Notes: a model not told the origin generated them from the sequence alone. A DNA stretch of 64,000 nt from Vulcanimicrobiota bacterium (GCA_031082125.1 JAVHLM010000003.1:288842-352841), one strand, 5' to 3'. Positions 49,716 through 59,270 are shown, counted from the first letter of the stretch. A program made the numbers and translations.

Positions 49716-51914
49716 TCACATCTCTATCAGGTTTCTGTAAAGTCCCTCTTCCTTGATGAGGGACTCATGGGTCCCTCTCTGCGCGACCTTGCCGCCGTCG
49801 AGGACGACGATCTCGTCACAGTCCCTTATGGTGCTCAGCCTGTGGGCAATGATGACGGTGGTGCAGCCTCTTCTTCTCAGGTTGCCGTCAATGGCGAGCT
49901 CCGTGAGGGGGTCCAGTGCGCTTGTAGCCTCGTCAAGGACTATGATGCGGGGGTTCGTGACGAGAGCCCGCGCGATCTCCAGTCTCTGGCGCTGCCCGCC
50001 GCTGAAGTTTCTCCCCCCTTCCTCGACGAGGCTTTCATACCCGGACTCCCTCTCGTTGATGTCGTCGTGGATGGAGGCGTCCTTTGCCGCCAGTACGATG
50101 TCGGTTTCCTCTACGGCGGTCTCCCAGAGTGTCAGATTCTCCCTGATGGTGCCCTCGAAGAGCATGATGGTCTGATCCACCTGCGAGAGGCTGCTCTTCA
50201 GGATACCTGCCGGGACCTCTGCGAGAGGCTTGCCGTCAAAGAGCACCTCTCCCTGCCAGGGGGCGTAGAGGCCGCAGAGTATCTTTGAGACCGTCGATTT
50301 CCCGCTGCCTGACGGGCCTATGATGGCAACCCTCGAGCCGGGAGAGAGGGAAAGGCTGAAGCCCTGGAGGAGGGGCGGGTCAAAAGGGCCGTATCCGAAG
50401 GTAATGTCCCTCAGCTCGACAGTCCCTTCAAGTTTTCCGGCCCTGGCCGCGCCATCACCGTTGGTCTTACCGGGCACTTCCCCTTCATCGCTCTCCCGGC
50501 GGCCCGGCAGAGCGCCTTTCACTTTGTAGCGGAACACGTCATCAATCCTGCTTATGGTGCCCTCAATCTCCTGGATGCTCGCGCCGAGGTTCACCAGGTT
50601 ATTGATGGGAGTCACGAAGAGGGCCATAAGGCTCTGGTATGCCACAAGGGACCCTATGGTCATCTTGCCGTTCATCACCATGAGGCTTCCCAGAATCAGT
50701 ATGATGACGTTTCCCAGCGATGAGAGTGACGCAGGCAGGATGGAGAGCGCAGATGTCAGGAAATTGAGCTCCTGCTCGCCGTTTATCACCCTTGTGAAAA
50801 TCCCGGCCCACCGGGAGAAGAAATCCGACTCAGTGCCGCTCGCCTTGAGGGTCTCTATGTAGCGGAGCCCGGAGATTGACGTTCCGACGAGCTTGCCACG
50901 GTCGTTGAGAAGCCTCAGGTTCCCATGGACCCTTCTGTCTGAGACATATTTAAGGGCCACGAAATTGAGGGCCGTGAGAAAGAGGCAGATGGCCGTGAGG
51001 CGCGCGCTGTAGAGAAAGAGGATGACAAGGTAGAAGAGGGCAAGAAACACATTCAGGATCGTGACGGAGAGCTGGTTGGAAAGGAGCTGGGCTATCCTGT
51101 CGTTGAGGGAGACCCTCGAGACGATGTCGCCGGCGAAGCGTTGCTCGAAAAACTCTACAGGAAGCCTGAGGAGGCGCCAGAGGTACTTGCCGGACTCGCT
51201 GACCGAGAGGTGCGTTTCCAGCCTCAGCAGGCAGAACCTCTGCAGCCACGTGAGGAATCCCCGGAGCACTGCGATGATGAGCATTGCCGTTACCAGGGGA
51301 AAAAGCATGGTCTCGACGCCGCCTGAAAAGATACCATCTATGAATATCTTGGTGAAGAGAGGGACTGCCATGCCGGGCAGCACCAGGGCAAGTCCCGCGA
51401 GGAGGGCGAAGAAAAGGGCTTTCCGCGAGCCCCCCACCCTTGTGTTCAGGCTGTCGATAATGGTCCTTCTGCTCCCCTCTCTCCTGAAGTCCGGCCCCGG
51501 CTTGAAGGTGAGCACCACGCCGGTGAATGAGTCGCTGAATTCCTGAGGGGACACCTTTCTCGGTCCGAAGGCGGGATCGTTGATATAAAACCACTCCCTG
51601 CTGAAGCCTTCGACAACCACGAAGTGATTGAAATTCCAGAAGACGATGAGAGGAAATTCCTGCCCGCAGAGCTCGTCAATATCGAGACTTAAAGCCTCGG
51701 TGACAAGACCATACTCCCGTGCGGTCTTCACTATGTTGAGGGCTTTGCTCCCGTTGCGCGTCACGCCGCATTCTATTCTCAGCTTTTCAAGAGGCACATT
51801 TCTGCCGTAGAAGGAGAGCACGATGCCCAGCGCCGCCGCCCCGCATTCAAGGGCTTCCATCTGGAGCACTGTCGGTGTCTTTACTCTCCGGGAGCGTTTT
51901 TTTTCAGCGTTCAT
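49716..51914 (-). CDS. NHLP/Nif11 ABC transporter with C39 double-glycine peptidase
   Basis: TPTVLQMEALECGAA, WNFNHFVV, INDPA, Walker A, FSGGQRQR motifs. Confidence 0.95.
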   Translation of the reverse strand: MNAEKKRSRRVKTPTVLQMEALECGAAALGIVLSFYGRNVPLEKLRIECGVTRNGSKALNIVKTAREYGLVTEALSLDIDELCGQEFPLIVFWNFNHFVVVEGFSREWFYINDPAFGPRKVSPQEFSDSFTGVVLTFKPGPDFRREGSRRTIIDSLNTRVGGSRKALFFALLAGLALVLPGMAVPLFTKIFIDGIFSGGVETMLFPLVTAMLIIAVLRGFLTWLQRFCLLRLETHLSVSESGKYLWRLLRLPVEFFEQRFAGDIVSRVSLNDRIAQLLSNQLSVTILNVFLALFYLVILFLYSARLTAICLFLTALNFVALKYVSDRRVHGNLRLLNDRGKLVGTSISGLRYIETLKASGTESDFFSRWAGIFTRVINGEQELNFLTSALSILPASLSSLGNVIILILGSLMVMNGKMTIGSLVAYQSLMALFVTPINNLVNLGASIQEIEGTISRIDDVFRYKVKGALPGRRESDEGEVPGKTNGDGAARAGKLEGTVELRDITFGYGPFDPPLLQGFSLSLSPGSRVAIIGPSGSGKSTVSKILCGLYAPWQGEVLFDGKPLAEVPAGILKSSLSQVDQTIMLFEGTIRENLTLWETAVEETDIVLAAKDASIHDDINERESGYESLVEEGGRNFSGGQRQRLEIARALVTNPRIIVLDEATSALDPLTELAIDGNLRRRGCTTVIIAHRLSTIRDCDEIVVLDGGKVAQRGTHESLIKEEGLYRNLIEM

Positions 51915-51917
51915 GCA

Positions 51918-52742
51918 CTAAAACCTGACTGGAAGCATGAGGGAGAGCGGCGTCACCGTTTTCAAGATAACGGTGGCGGAGCAGGGAGTGACATTGCTGA
52001 TCTTGATGGCGGGCCCCCTGCCTGACGACCACTTGTAGCCGCTCACGGTGGAGGCATCCCTGGTGGGGATGGCGCGGATTCCGATCTTCGGGGTTCCTTT
52101 CAGGCAGATCTCTGCCAGGGTCTCATTATGGACTTTCCTCATCACCTCGGCCCTGGTGACAGGAAACTCCGTGATGCCGGCGACCTTCCCGTAAATGAAG
52201 CCGAAGTCCTGCCTGTTCACCGTCGAGGGGGATATCAGAATGTCCATGCCGGGCGTTACAAGCTTTCCGTTCTCCATTGAAATGAAAATGACGGCATCTA
52301 TTTCTGAAGTTTCGGCCTGAACGGTCCCGAAGGTTTCTTCCTGCCTTATGAAGTTACCCTCGTCAAAAGGGAGCGATACGAGAATTCCCGTCATGGGGCT
52401 TTTGATTTCGAAGGCATCGCCGCCGGAGGAATCGGTCCTTCGCACCCTTGCGAGCACCTGGTCCCTTGTAACCCGATCTCCCTGCTTCACCGGCAGGCAT
52501 TCTATGGTTCCTGCCAGGCCGGCGATGATTCCTTTCATTTCCCCCATGCCCAGCAGCATTCCCTCTCCGCTTATGGTGATGGGAATTCTTCCAAAAATCA
52601 GCCACAGGATCGCGAAGAGTATAAGGACCCCTGAGGCGGCGAGGGCAAGCCACCCCCTGGAGCTTACAATGGTGACGCACTGGTCGAGCTGCTCCGGCGA
52701 GGTGAGCTTCTGTAAGGCCTCTTTCCTGTATATCTCCCTCAT
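51918..52742 (-). CDS. NHLP bacteriocin system secretion protein (HlyD-like, short)
   Basis: IYRKEALQKLTSPEQLD, PSTV....GFI.G.V, SGYKWSSG.GP motifs. Confidence 0.9.
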   Translation of the reverse strand: MREIYRKEALQKLTSPEQLDQCVTIVSSRGWLALAASGVLILFAILWLIFGRIPITISGEGMLLGMGEMKGIIAGLAGTIECLPVKQGDRVTRDQVLARVRRTDSSGGDAFEIKSPMTGILVSLPFDEGNFIRQEETFGTVQAETSEIDAVIFISMENGKLVTPGMDILISPSTVNRQDFGFIYGKVAGITEFPVTRAEVMRKVHNETLAEICLKGTPKIGIRAIPTRDASTVSGYKWSSGRGPAIKISNVTPCSATVILKTVTPLSLMLPVRF

Positions 52743-52910
52743 AAAAAGATAGTTCTATGGAAATCTCTTTTTCCTTCCTTGTTGAACCTTCCAGCTTCAC
52801 TACTTAAAAGCATGGCAATCTGCTATTCGCAAACTCAGAATTCCCATAACGAAAGCATCTTCCGTCTATGCGGGCTGATTTGCAGTGAGTCGGACGAGAG
52901 GACGGGCCTG

Positions 52911-54398
52911 CTAAAACAGGTCCTTCGCCTCCACAATTTCAATGTCTCCGGTGGTAAGGCCTGGATCATATTTCAGCACCTGCTCATCTACCTTCCGTTC
53001 ATCTTCAGGGAGCGCGCTCTTATACACGGGGCGTGCGTCGATTTTTCCCAGCAGCCGGCCTTTGAGGGTCTCCGGGTCGTCGGTGACAAATACCATCTTT
53101 ACCTTCCGGTCGGCAAGCCTTCTTCCAAGGGCCGAAGATACCTCGCCGGCGGTTATCTTCTTCATCCTCTCCCCGATGGAGGCTATGAAATACGGAATAT
53201 GATAAAAATCGGAATCCATTGAAAATCCAAGTTTCTGGAAGGGGTCATAGTCCCAGAGCTTTGAGTTGTAGGTCACGAAATCCCTCATTATCCTGAAATC
53301 CTTCTCAGAGAGGCCCTTTTCGGCCATCTGATTGAATTGATAGAGCGCATATCTGGCGGCGAAACAGGCATTCTCATTGCTGAGGCTTCTGAGCCATATG
53401 GAGAAGTACTGCCGCAAGCGGGGGATCCTTACGCCGGGCATCTTGTCCTGGCCGCCTTCCCTGAATTTTTCAAGGTAGGAATAATCGCCGTAGTTGAAGC
53501 CGCGGACCTTGCGAAGCTCGCGGCTGAGCAGGCAGTTGAGATAGCGGTGCTGCCCGAAGTGCGCATTGGTAATCATGAGCGGATAGAAATCATCATCGGC
53601 GCGGGTGAAGTCAACGGGGAATCCCAGGGCTACGTCACAGGCGTCGCCATCTTTCCTGATGATCAGCACCCTGTTTCTTTCGATGGGCTCCGGGGTACCT
53701 ATGGCTTTCATTTCAGGCTTTCCCGGCGGAAGCGCGTCGAGATCGCTCATCACCTGCTTTTTTATCATGCCGCATTCACGGCCGGCTACGCCTAGCTCGT
53801 AATTCTCCTTTGTATAGCGCGAGGCGAAAAAAGAGGTCACCTCCCGGACGGTGAGAGCCGCGAGAGATTTCTCCGTGCCTGAATCGGGTGTCCCATAGGG
53901 GTGGCCTCTGTAGATGAAGCGCTCCAGAGCCGCCTGGGCCAGGCTTTCACCATGCCTGGAGATATGGTCGCGGTGGTTCGCGGCCTGGGCCAGGGCACGC
54001 TGAAGCGAGTCTGCGTTTATACGGGGCGAGGTAATTCCTGCAATAAAAACAGGATAGACCTCATTGAACTTTTCCCTGTGGGCTTTGAAGAAAAAAGTGG
54101 TGATCTCTTTGTCAGCCTGCGCGGAGAATGATGCTCCCGATGCCGGCGCCTTTTCGTTGATCGCCCTGTCTATCTGTTCCTCAATCAATCGGGTGGTGAC
54201 ATAATTCAGGCCCTCTTTCCCTTCGGGATCATTGACGGCTCCGGTGCGGAACGAGAGCACGACATACACGACCTCCGAGCCCGGGAGTGCCAGCGTGGTA
54301 ATGCCGGTATTCTTCTCCTTATCAAGCTCAATGGCATTTGTCGGTAAGGTGAGAGCGAGAATAAAGACCAGCACGATGCAGAATCTACTCATGAGCAT
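52911..54398 (-). CDS. M16B peptidase non-catalytic subunit, exported
   Basis: GAVNDPEGKEGL without HxxEH, HPYG, LRKVRGFNYG; signal peptide. Confidence 0.85.
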   Translation of the reverse strand: MLMSRFCIVLVFILALTLPTNAIELDKEKNTGITTLALPGSEVVYVVLSFRTGAVNDPEGKEGLNYVTTRLIEEQIDRAINEKAPASGASFSAQADKEITTFFFKAHREKFNEVYPVFIAGITSPRINADSLQRALAQAANHRDHISRHGESLAQAALERFIYRGHPYGTPDSGTEKSLAALTVREVTSFFASRYTKENYELGVAGRECGMIKKQVMSDLDALPPGKPEMKAIGTPEPIERNRVLIIRKDGDACDVALGFPVDFTRADDDFYPLMITNAHFGQHRYLNCLLSRELRKVRGFNYGDYSYLEKFREGGQDKMPGVRIPRLRQYFSIWLRSLSNENACFAARYALYQFNQMAEKGLSEKDFRIMRDFVTYNSKLWDYDPFQKLGFSMDSDFYHIPYFIASIGERMKKITAGEVSSALGRRLADRKVKMVFVTDDPETLKGRLLGKIDARPVYKSALPEDERKVDEQVLKYDPGLTTGDIEIVEAKDLF

Positions 54399-55728
54399 CC
54401 TTCCCTTCGGTGAGCGTCACCACGATCCGGTTCTTTTCCGCAAAGTATTTCTCCGCGGCGGCCTTGATTTCTGAAGGCTTCACCCTGAAGTAGTTGTCAT
54501 AATAGAGATGAGCCGCCCGGGTATTTCCTGAAAGAAAGTACGGTCTCGCGTACGTAAAGGCGATCCTGTTCAGTGAATCAAGGTTCGTGAGGGTTTCGAA
54601 GCGCCTTTTCTCTTTTATCTGCCGCAGTTTTTCCGGATCGCAGGGATTTTTTCTGACGGAGTCAACCTCCTGGAAGAAGATCTCCTTTGCCTTCTCTATA
54701 TCCTTTTTATCTTTCAGCTTCATAATGGTGGTAAACAGGCCCGGGTCGCGGGTAGAGCAGCTGCCCGGGAAATCGACAGTGGTCGCGATCTTCTCCTCGT
54801 ACACCAGGCGCTTGTAAAGGGGGGAGCTTTCCGAGAAGGAGAGCTCCTGGATGAGGTCAATGGCAGGGATCTCGATATTCTGAGGATCATAGCCGGGAAT
54901 ATGGTAGGAGATCGAGAGATACGGAGAGGTCTTTCCGGGATAGAGGATGTCTGCCCTTCTTTCGGCGCCCTGGGGCGGCTCAGGGGGAACCTCGGGAAGA
55001 TCTTTGCCACACTTGAGCGACCCGTAATTCTGCCTTATTATCTCTCTCACTTTCTTCTCATCGATATCTCCCGCCACCACGAGCCGGCAGTGATTCGGCT
55101 TATAATAGTCACGGTAAAACTTCATCACCCTTTCGCGGTTTTCGGGCATTTTCTTCAGGGTATCAAGATGCTCCGGCATATCCCTGTATGGGTGGATGGT
55201 ATAGGCGATCTGATAGAGCTTGCTGTCAAGCATGCTCAGGGGCATACGGTAATGCCCCAGGTACTCCCCCAGCACCGCTCCTGTCTCCGCTCTGTATTGA
55301 TCGTCAGGTATCACGAGGCTGCTGAGCTTGTCCGTCATTATCTCGGTAAGCCTCCTGAAGGCCTCCCGGGGAAATATCCTGTAATAACAGGTATAGTCAC
55401 TGGCGGTATAACCCTGTGAATAGACGCCATACTGTGCATAGTATTCATCAACTTTCTCGACCGGATAGTGCTCCGAGTCGCGAAACATCAGGTGCTCCAT
55501 CAGGTGGGTGTACTCGATCTCCTCAGGCTTCTTTTCAGAGCGCATCCCCACATCGAAGGCCAGGAAGTCCATCATCACCCCGTCATCTCCGCACTTTATG
55601 AGCACGACTTCCATACCGTTATCGAGCCTGTAGGACTCCACCGGGAAAGAGAACAGTTCGGCATAAGCGGGAGCAGTGACAAGCAAGCAGATCAAAAATA
55701 GCAGGCCCCCATGGAGAAATTTCCTCAT
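54385..55728 (-). CDS. M16B zinc peptidase catalytic subunit, exported
   Basis: LDNGM, HLMEH (HxxEH), YYKPN; signal peptide ending AYA. Confidence 0.9.
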   Translation of the reverse strand: MRKFLHGGLLFLICLLVTAPAYAELFSFPVESYRLDNGMEVVLIKCGDDGVMMDFLAFDVGMRSEKKPEEIEYTHLMEHLMFRDSEHYPVEKVDEYYAQYGVYSQGYTASDYTCYYRIFPREAFRRLTEIMTDKLSSLVIPDDQYRAETGAVLGEYLGHYRMPLSMLDSKLYQIAYTIHPYRDMPEHLDTLKKMPENRERVMKFYRDYYKPNHCRLVVAGDIDEKKVREIIRQNYGSLKCGKDLPEVPPEPPQGAERRADILYPGKTSPYLSISYHIPGYDPQNIEIPAIDLIQELSFSESSPLYKRLVYEEKIATTVDFPGSCSTRDPGLFTTIMKLKDKKDIEKAKEIFFQEVDSVRKNPCDPEKLRQIKEKRRFETLTNLDSLNRIAFTYARPYFLSGNTRAAHLYYDNYFRVKPSEIKAAAEKYFAEKNRIVVTLTEGKDAHE

Positions 55729-55866
55729 AGTACCTCCTTTCACTGAACTCAATAGTGTCCCCCATTAAGGGAATCAGGTATTCTTAAGATTCCTTGAACG
55801 CCATGCCTTGTTCAAGAGCCCGCTCACCCTGGATGACAGGAACCTGGGGCCCGGCCTCCGCAGCAA

Positions 55867-55895
55867 ATTATACAACAAATCTCTGAAAAAGTCCA
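55867..55895 (-). promoter_or_regulatory. Putative sigma70 promoter for the M16 pair
   Basis: TGGACT-N17-TATAAT. Confidence 0.6.
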
Positions 55896-56029
55896 AATTT
55901 TCAAGCCCATCAGGTCATGCCCCTTCACCCGTGGACAATGCCGAAGACCCTCACCGGGGGAAAATATGCCCGTGCCGTAGAATGATTACAGGATGCTTGC
56001 AACCATGCTTCACGGAGAAAGTGCATACC

Positions 56030-57193
56030 ATGAATGTCATATTCCTGTCACCCCATTTTCCGCGGCAATTCCACAATTTCTGCGCAGCCCTGAAACGGAG
56101 AGGGGTCACCGTGCTCGGTATCGGCGACACCCCGTGGGAGGCCCTTGAGCACCCTGTCCGCGCATCGCTGACCGAGTATTACCACGTGCAGAACATGGAG
56201 GATTACGAGCAGCTTTACCGGGCAGTGGCCCTGGTCATTCACCGCTACGGCAGGGTGAGCAGAATCGAGTCGCTCAACGAGCACTGGCTTGTATCCGAGG
56301 CTCGCCTCCGGACCGATTTCAACATCGAGGGGATACAGCTCGACACCATTGATGACATAAAGCTCAAGTCACGGATGAAGACAAAGTACCGCAAGGGCGG
56401 GGTTCACGTGGTTGACGGGAGGAGAGTGGCCGATCTCAGGGAAGCTCTCTCATTCGCGAATGAAACGGGATTCCCCCTTGTGGCGAAGCCCGATAACGGG
56501 GTGGGAGCGGCATATACGTACAAGGTCTCGTCCCCCGGGGAGATCGAGCAGGTCTTTCACGAGCATCCCCATATACCGTATTTCCTGGAAGTCTTCGTGG
56601 ACGGCGATATCTACAGCTTCGACGGCCTCACGGACCAGGAGGGCGTCCCTGTCTTTTATACCTCCCATACCTTCAGCTCGGGCATCATGGAAATCGTGCT
56701 GGAGGATCGCCATGTCTACTACTATTCGCTCCGGGAGATCCCCAAGGACCTGGTTGACGCAGGTCTAAAGACCCTTAAAGCCTTCGACGTGCGCGGCAAG
56801 TTCTTTCACCTTGAGTTTTTCAGAACCCATAAAGAGGGGAAGCTCGTGGGGCTCGAGGTCAACATACGGCCTCCCGGGGGATTCACCACCGATATGTTCA
56901 ACTATGCCAACGATATTGATGTCTACCAGGAATGGGCGAATATGATCGCCTTCAACGAGTTCCGCTCGCCGTACTCACGGAAATACCACTGCTGCTATAT
57001 CGGCAGGAAGATGCAGAAAGGATACGCCCACTCTCATGAAGCCATGAGGGAGAGGTGGGGCGGCTGCCTGCTGGCGGAAGGGGAGATGCCCCCCGTCTTT
57101 GCCCGGGCCATGGGAGATTACTATTACCTGGCCAGGGCCAGTGAGCGGGAAACCATCCTGGAGCTGGCCGGCTATGCCCTCGAGCTGGGATAA
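56030..57193 (+). CDS. ATP-grasp domain protein
   Basis: MNVIFLSPHFP, KPDNGVGA, FFHLEFF, LEVNIRPPG motifs. Confidence 0.88.
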   Translation: MNVIFLSPHFPRQFHNFCAALKRRGVTVLGIGDTPWEALEHPVRASLTEYYHVQNMEDYEQLYRAVALVIHRYGRVSRIESLNEHWLVSEARLRTDFNIEGIQLDTIDDIKLKSRMKTKYRKGGVHVVDGRRVADLREALSFANETGFPLVAKPDNGVGAAYTYKVSSPGEIEQVFHEHPHIPYFLEVFVDGDIYSFDGLTDQEGVPVFYTSHTFSSGIMEIVLEDRHVYYYSLREIPKDLVDAGLKTLKAFDVRGKFFHLEFFRTHKEGKLVGLEVNIRPPGGFTTDMFNYANDIDVYQEWANMIAFNEFRSPYSRKYHCCYIGRKMQKGYAHSHEAMRERWGGCLLAEGEMPPVFARAMGDYYYLARASERETILELAGYALELG

Positions 57194-57571
57194 GGGGCCC
57201 TTTACTCGTCGAATCACTTGAAGAGGCAAAAGTTCACGACTTTGCCGTCCCTGGACATGACGAACGTAATGCCCCGGTTATTGTAGCGAAGTATCTTGCC
57301 TGAGCCTCTTGGCGGAGAGATTGTTTTCGCCATATTCGGAGACTGCCGACCAGACTCTTTTGAGAGTGAGCCTGTCGGTGCGTTTGGGAAGCTCAGGGCT
57401 TTACCCTCTCTTCTGAGTCGAAGCACTATCCTTCCCTGGGCTTCAAAGGCACCGTAAAGAGCATCCATCCCTCGCCGTCAACAATCGAGAACAGATTATT
57501 GCCGGCCTTTGCCTCCCATTTGCCATGCTCTTCATTAATACTGTCCACATTTACAAATTTCTTCGCCATGA

Positions 57572-57616
57572 TTTAACATTTCTGAAATGGTTTCTGGAGA
57601 ATTCTCATGCTATAAT
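57572..57616 (+). promoter_or_regulatory. TTTAACATTTCTGAAAT box + N22 + TATAAT
   Basis: Matches the site at 10136-10180. Confidence 0.55.
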
Positions 57617-57687
57617 TCTAAAGGAGTTTTATTGGGAGCAGGGGGGGTTACCAGGCATACATTGAGACACAAAGTGAGGAAAAGGAC

Positions 57688-58518
57688 ATGGACAGTATCT
57701 CATCACGCCGGACAATGGGAGACATCAGCGAATACGCGGCTTCTGGCATGGCAAAGCATACAGGCGACGACGACAGCCCTGCAGTAAGATATGATGGCGT
57801 TGAGCTTTCAGAAACCGCCTCAGCACTAAAGGACAAGAAGATATGCATCGATCCCGGCCATGGCGGCGGCGATTCCGGCGCCGTGGGACCAACCAAGTTC
57901 ACTGAAAAAGAAGCAAATCTTGATATAGCTCTGAACCTGAGGCGATACCTCGAAAGCAAGGGTGCCAGGGTCATAATGACAAGAGACACTGACACATCCC
58001 TGACATCTTCGGTTTCCGGGGTAAAAGAGCTTGGCGCCCGCGTCAAAGTAGCCAATGAGAGCAAAGCGGATGTCTTTGTCTCAATCCACAACAATGCCTC
58101 TGATAATTCCGCAACCGGCGGCACTGAAACCTATTATTATGCAAAGGGAAGCGCCGCATCAAAGCTTCTTGCGAGGACCGTCTTTGACCACCAGGTGGAA
58201 AAACTGGGGCTGCACCCCCGTGGCACTTTCCCTGCAAAATTCTATGTCATCAAGTACACTGACATGCCCGCTGTGCTCTCCGAATCGGCCTTTGTGAGCA
58301 ATGCCGAAGAAGAGGCGAAGCTCAAGGATCCCGCATTCCGGCATACCGTCGCAGAGGCCATCGGTGATGGCATAGAGGAATATTTCGTAAAGATGCAGGG
58401 AGGCAGTATTGATTCCAGCAAACCCAATCTGCCCGATGACGGGAAATGGGACCCTCTTCCCTGCGAGAAATACCTCACTGTGGCTCAGAAAAGCACCTCA
58501 TATTCTTCAGAGCTATGA
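57688..58518 (+). CDS. N-acetylmuramoyl-L-alanine amidase (Amidase_3) without signal peptide
   Basis: IDPGHGG, EKEANL, SIHNNA, PAVLSE motifs. Confidence 0.93.
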   Translation: MDSISSRRTMGDISEYAASGMAKHTGDDDSPAVRYDGVELSETASALKDKKICIDPGHGGGDSGAVGPTKFTEKEANLDIALNLRRYLESKGARVIMTRDTDTSLTSSVSGVKELGARVKVANESKADVFVSIHNNASDNSATGGTETYYYAKGSAASKLLARTVFDHQVEKLGLHPRGTFPAKFYVIKYTDMPAVLSESAFVSNAEEEAKLKDPAFRHTVAEAIGDGIEEYFVKMQGGSIDSSKPNLPDDGKWDPLPCEKYLTVAQKSTSYSSEL

Positions 58519-59270
58519 AAAATGGACGAATCTACAAGGGTACCTGGTCTCAGCATGTGACGCGCAAGGTGCTTGCCCAGCACGACCAGTGGGCGCACGG
58601 AAGGGGCGGCCAGCGCCTCCACCTTTGCGGAGCCAACCTTGACGGGATGCGGGCCACTGGGACCAGGATGATCGACGCCCGCTTTGAGACATGCAGCCTT
58701 GTGGACGCACAGATCTCTGCTTCGATCCTGAGCGACATCGAGATGGAGGATTGCGTCCTCACCCGGGCTGCCTTCTCCCGGTCGGACATGGATCGGGCCA
58801 TCCTCTACGGGTGCCGCTTCACCCAGGCCGACCTCCGCCTGGCCCGCCTGCGGATGGCTGACATTGTCGGATCCGATTTCAGCAGTGCCCTCCTCGATCG
58901 CGCCGATCTCACCGACGCCATCCTCAAGGAGTCGATCATGCGGGGTGCGCTGATCTATGACACCACCTTCGACCGTGCCTATGTAGGGTACTGCGACTTC
59001 TGCGATGCCGATCTCTCGGCCCAGGACGCCGTCCACCTCTGCACTGCAGAGGGAACGTGGTTCTTCCGCTGCGACTTCCGCGGCTCCAACTGGGAGGGCC
59101 GCCATCTCCGCAACACCCGCTTCACCTCGTGCCGCTTCCACGGGGTGCGGGGAAAGCCGGTCATCGACGGGGAGTATGCCATGGAGCGCCCGAACTTCGC
59201 CGCTGACAACGATGGTGAGGACATCAGATCCGGGGAGGAGATGTTCCGGCTGTGGGGGGCGCCCCCGTAA
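58515..59270 (+). CDS. Pentapeptide repeat protein
   Basis: A(D/N)Lxx-type repeats; ATGA overlap with the amidase; markedly GC-rich. Confidence 0.85.
   Translation: MKNGRIYKGTWSQHVTRKVLAQHDQWAHGRGGQRLHLCGANLDGMRATGTRMIDARFETCSLVDAQISASILSDIEMEDCVLTRAAFSRSDMDRAILYGCRFTQADLRLARLRMADIVGSDFSSALLDRADLTDAILKESIMRGALIYDTTFDRAYVGYCDFCDADLSAQDAVHLCTAEGTWFFRCDFRGSNWEGRHLRNTRFTSCRFHGVRGKPVIDGEYAMERPNFAADNDGEDIRSGEEMFRLWGAPP

Noticed and set aside
56030-57193. ATP-grasp protein as a RiPP (graspetide) ligase of the cluster
   Set aside because: It is divergently transcribed beyond the M16 pair and resembles a widespread stand-alone ATP-grasp family; nothing links it to the precursor.
57214-57468. 84-aa minus-strand ORF
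   Set aside because: Only the C-terminal third looks protein-like and there is no clear RBS; possibly a remnant, not supportable.
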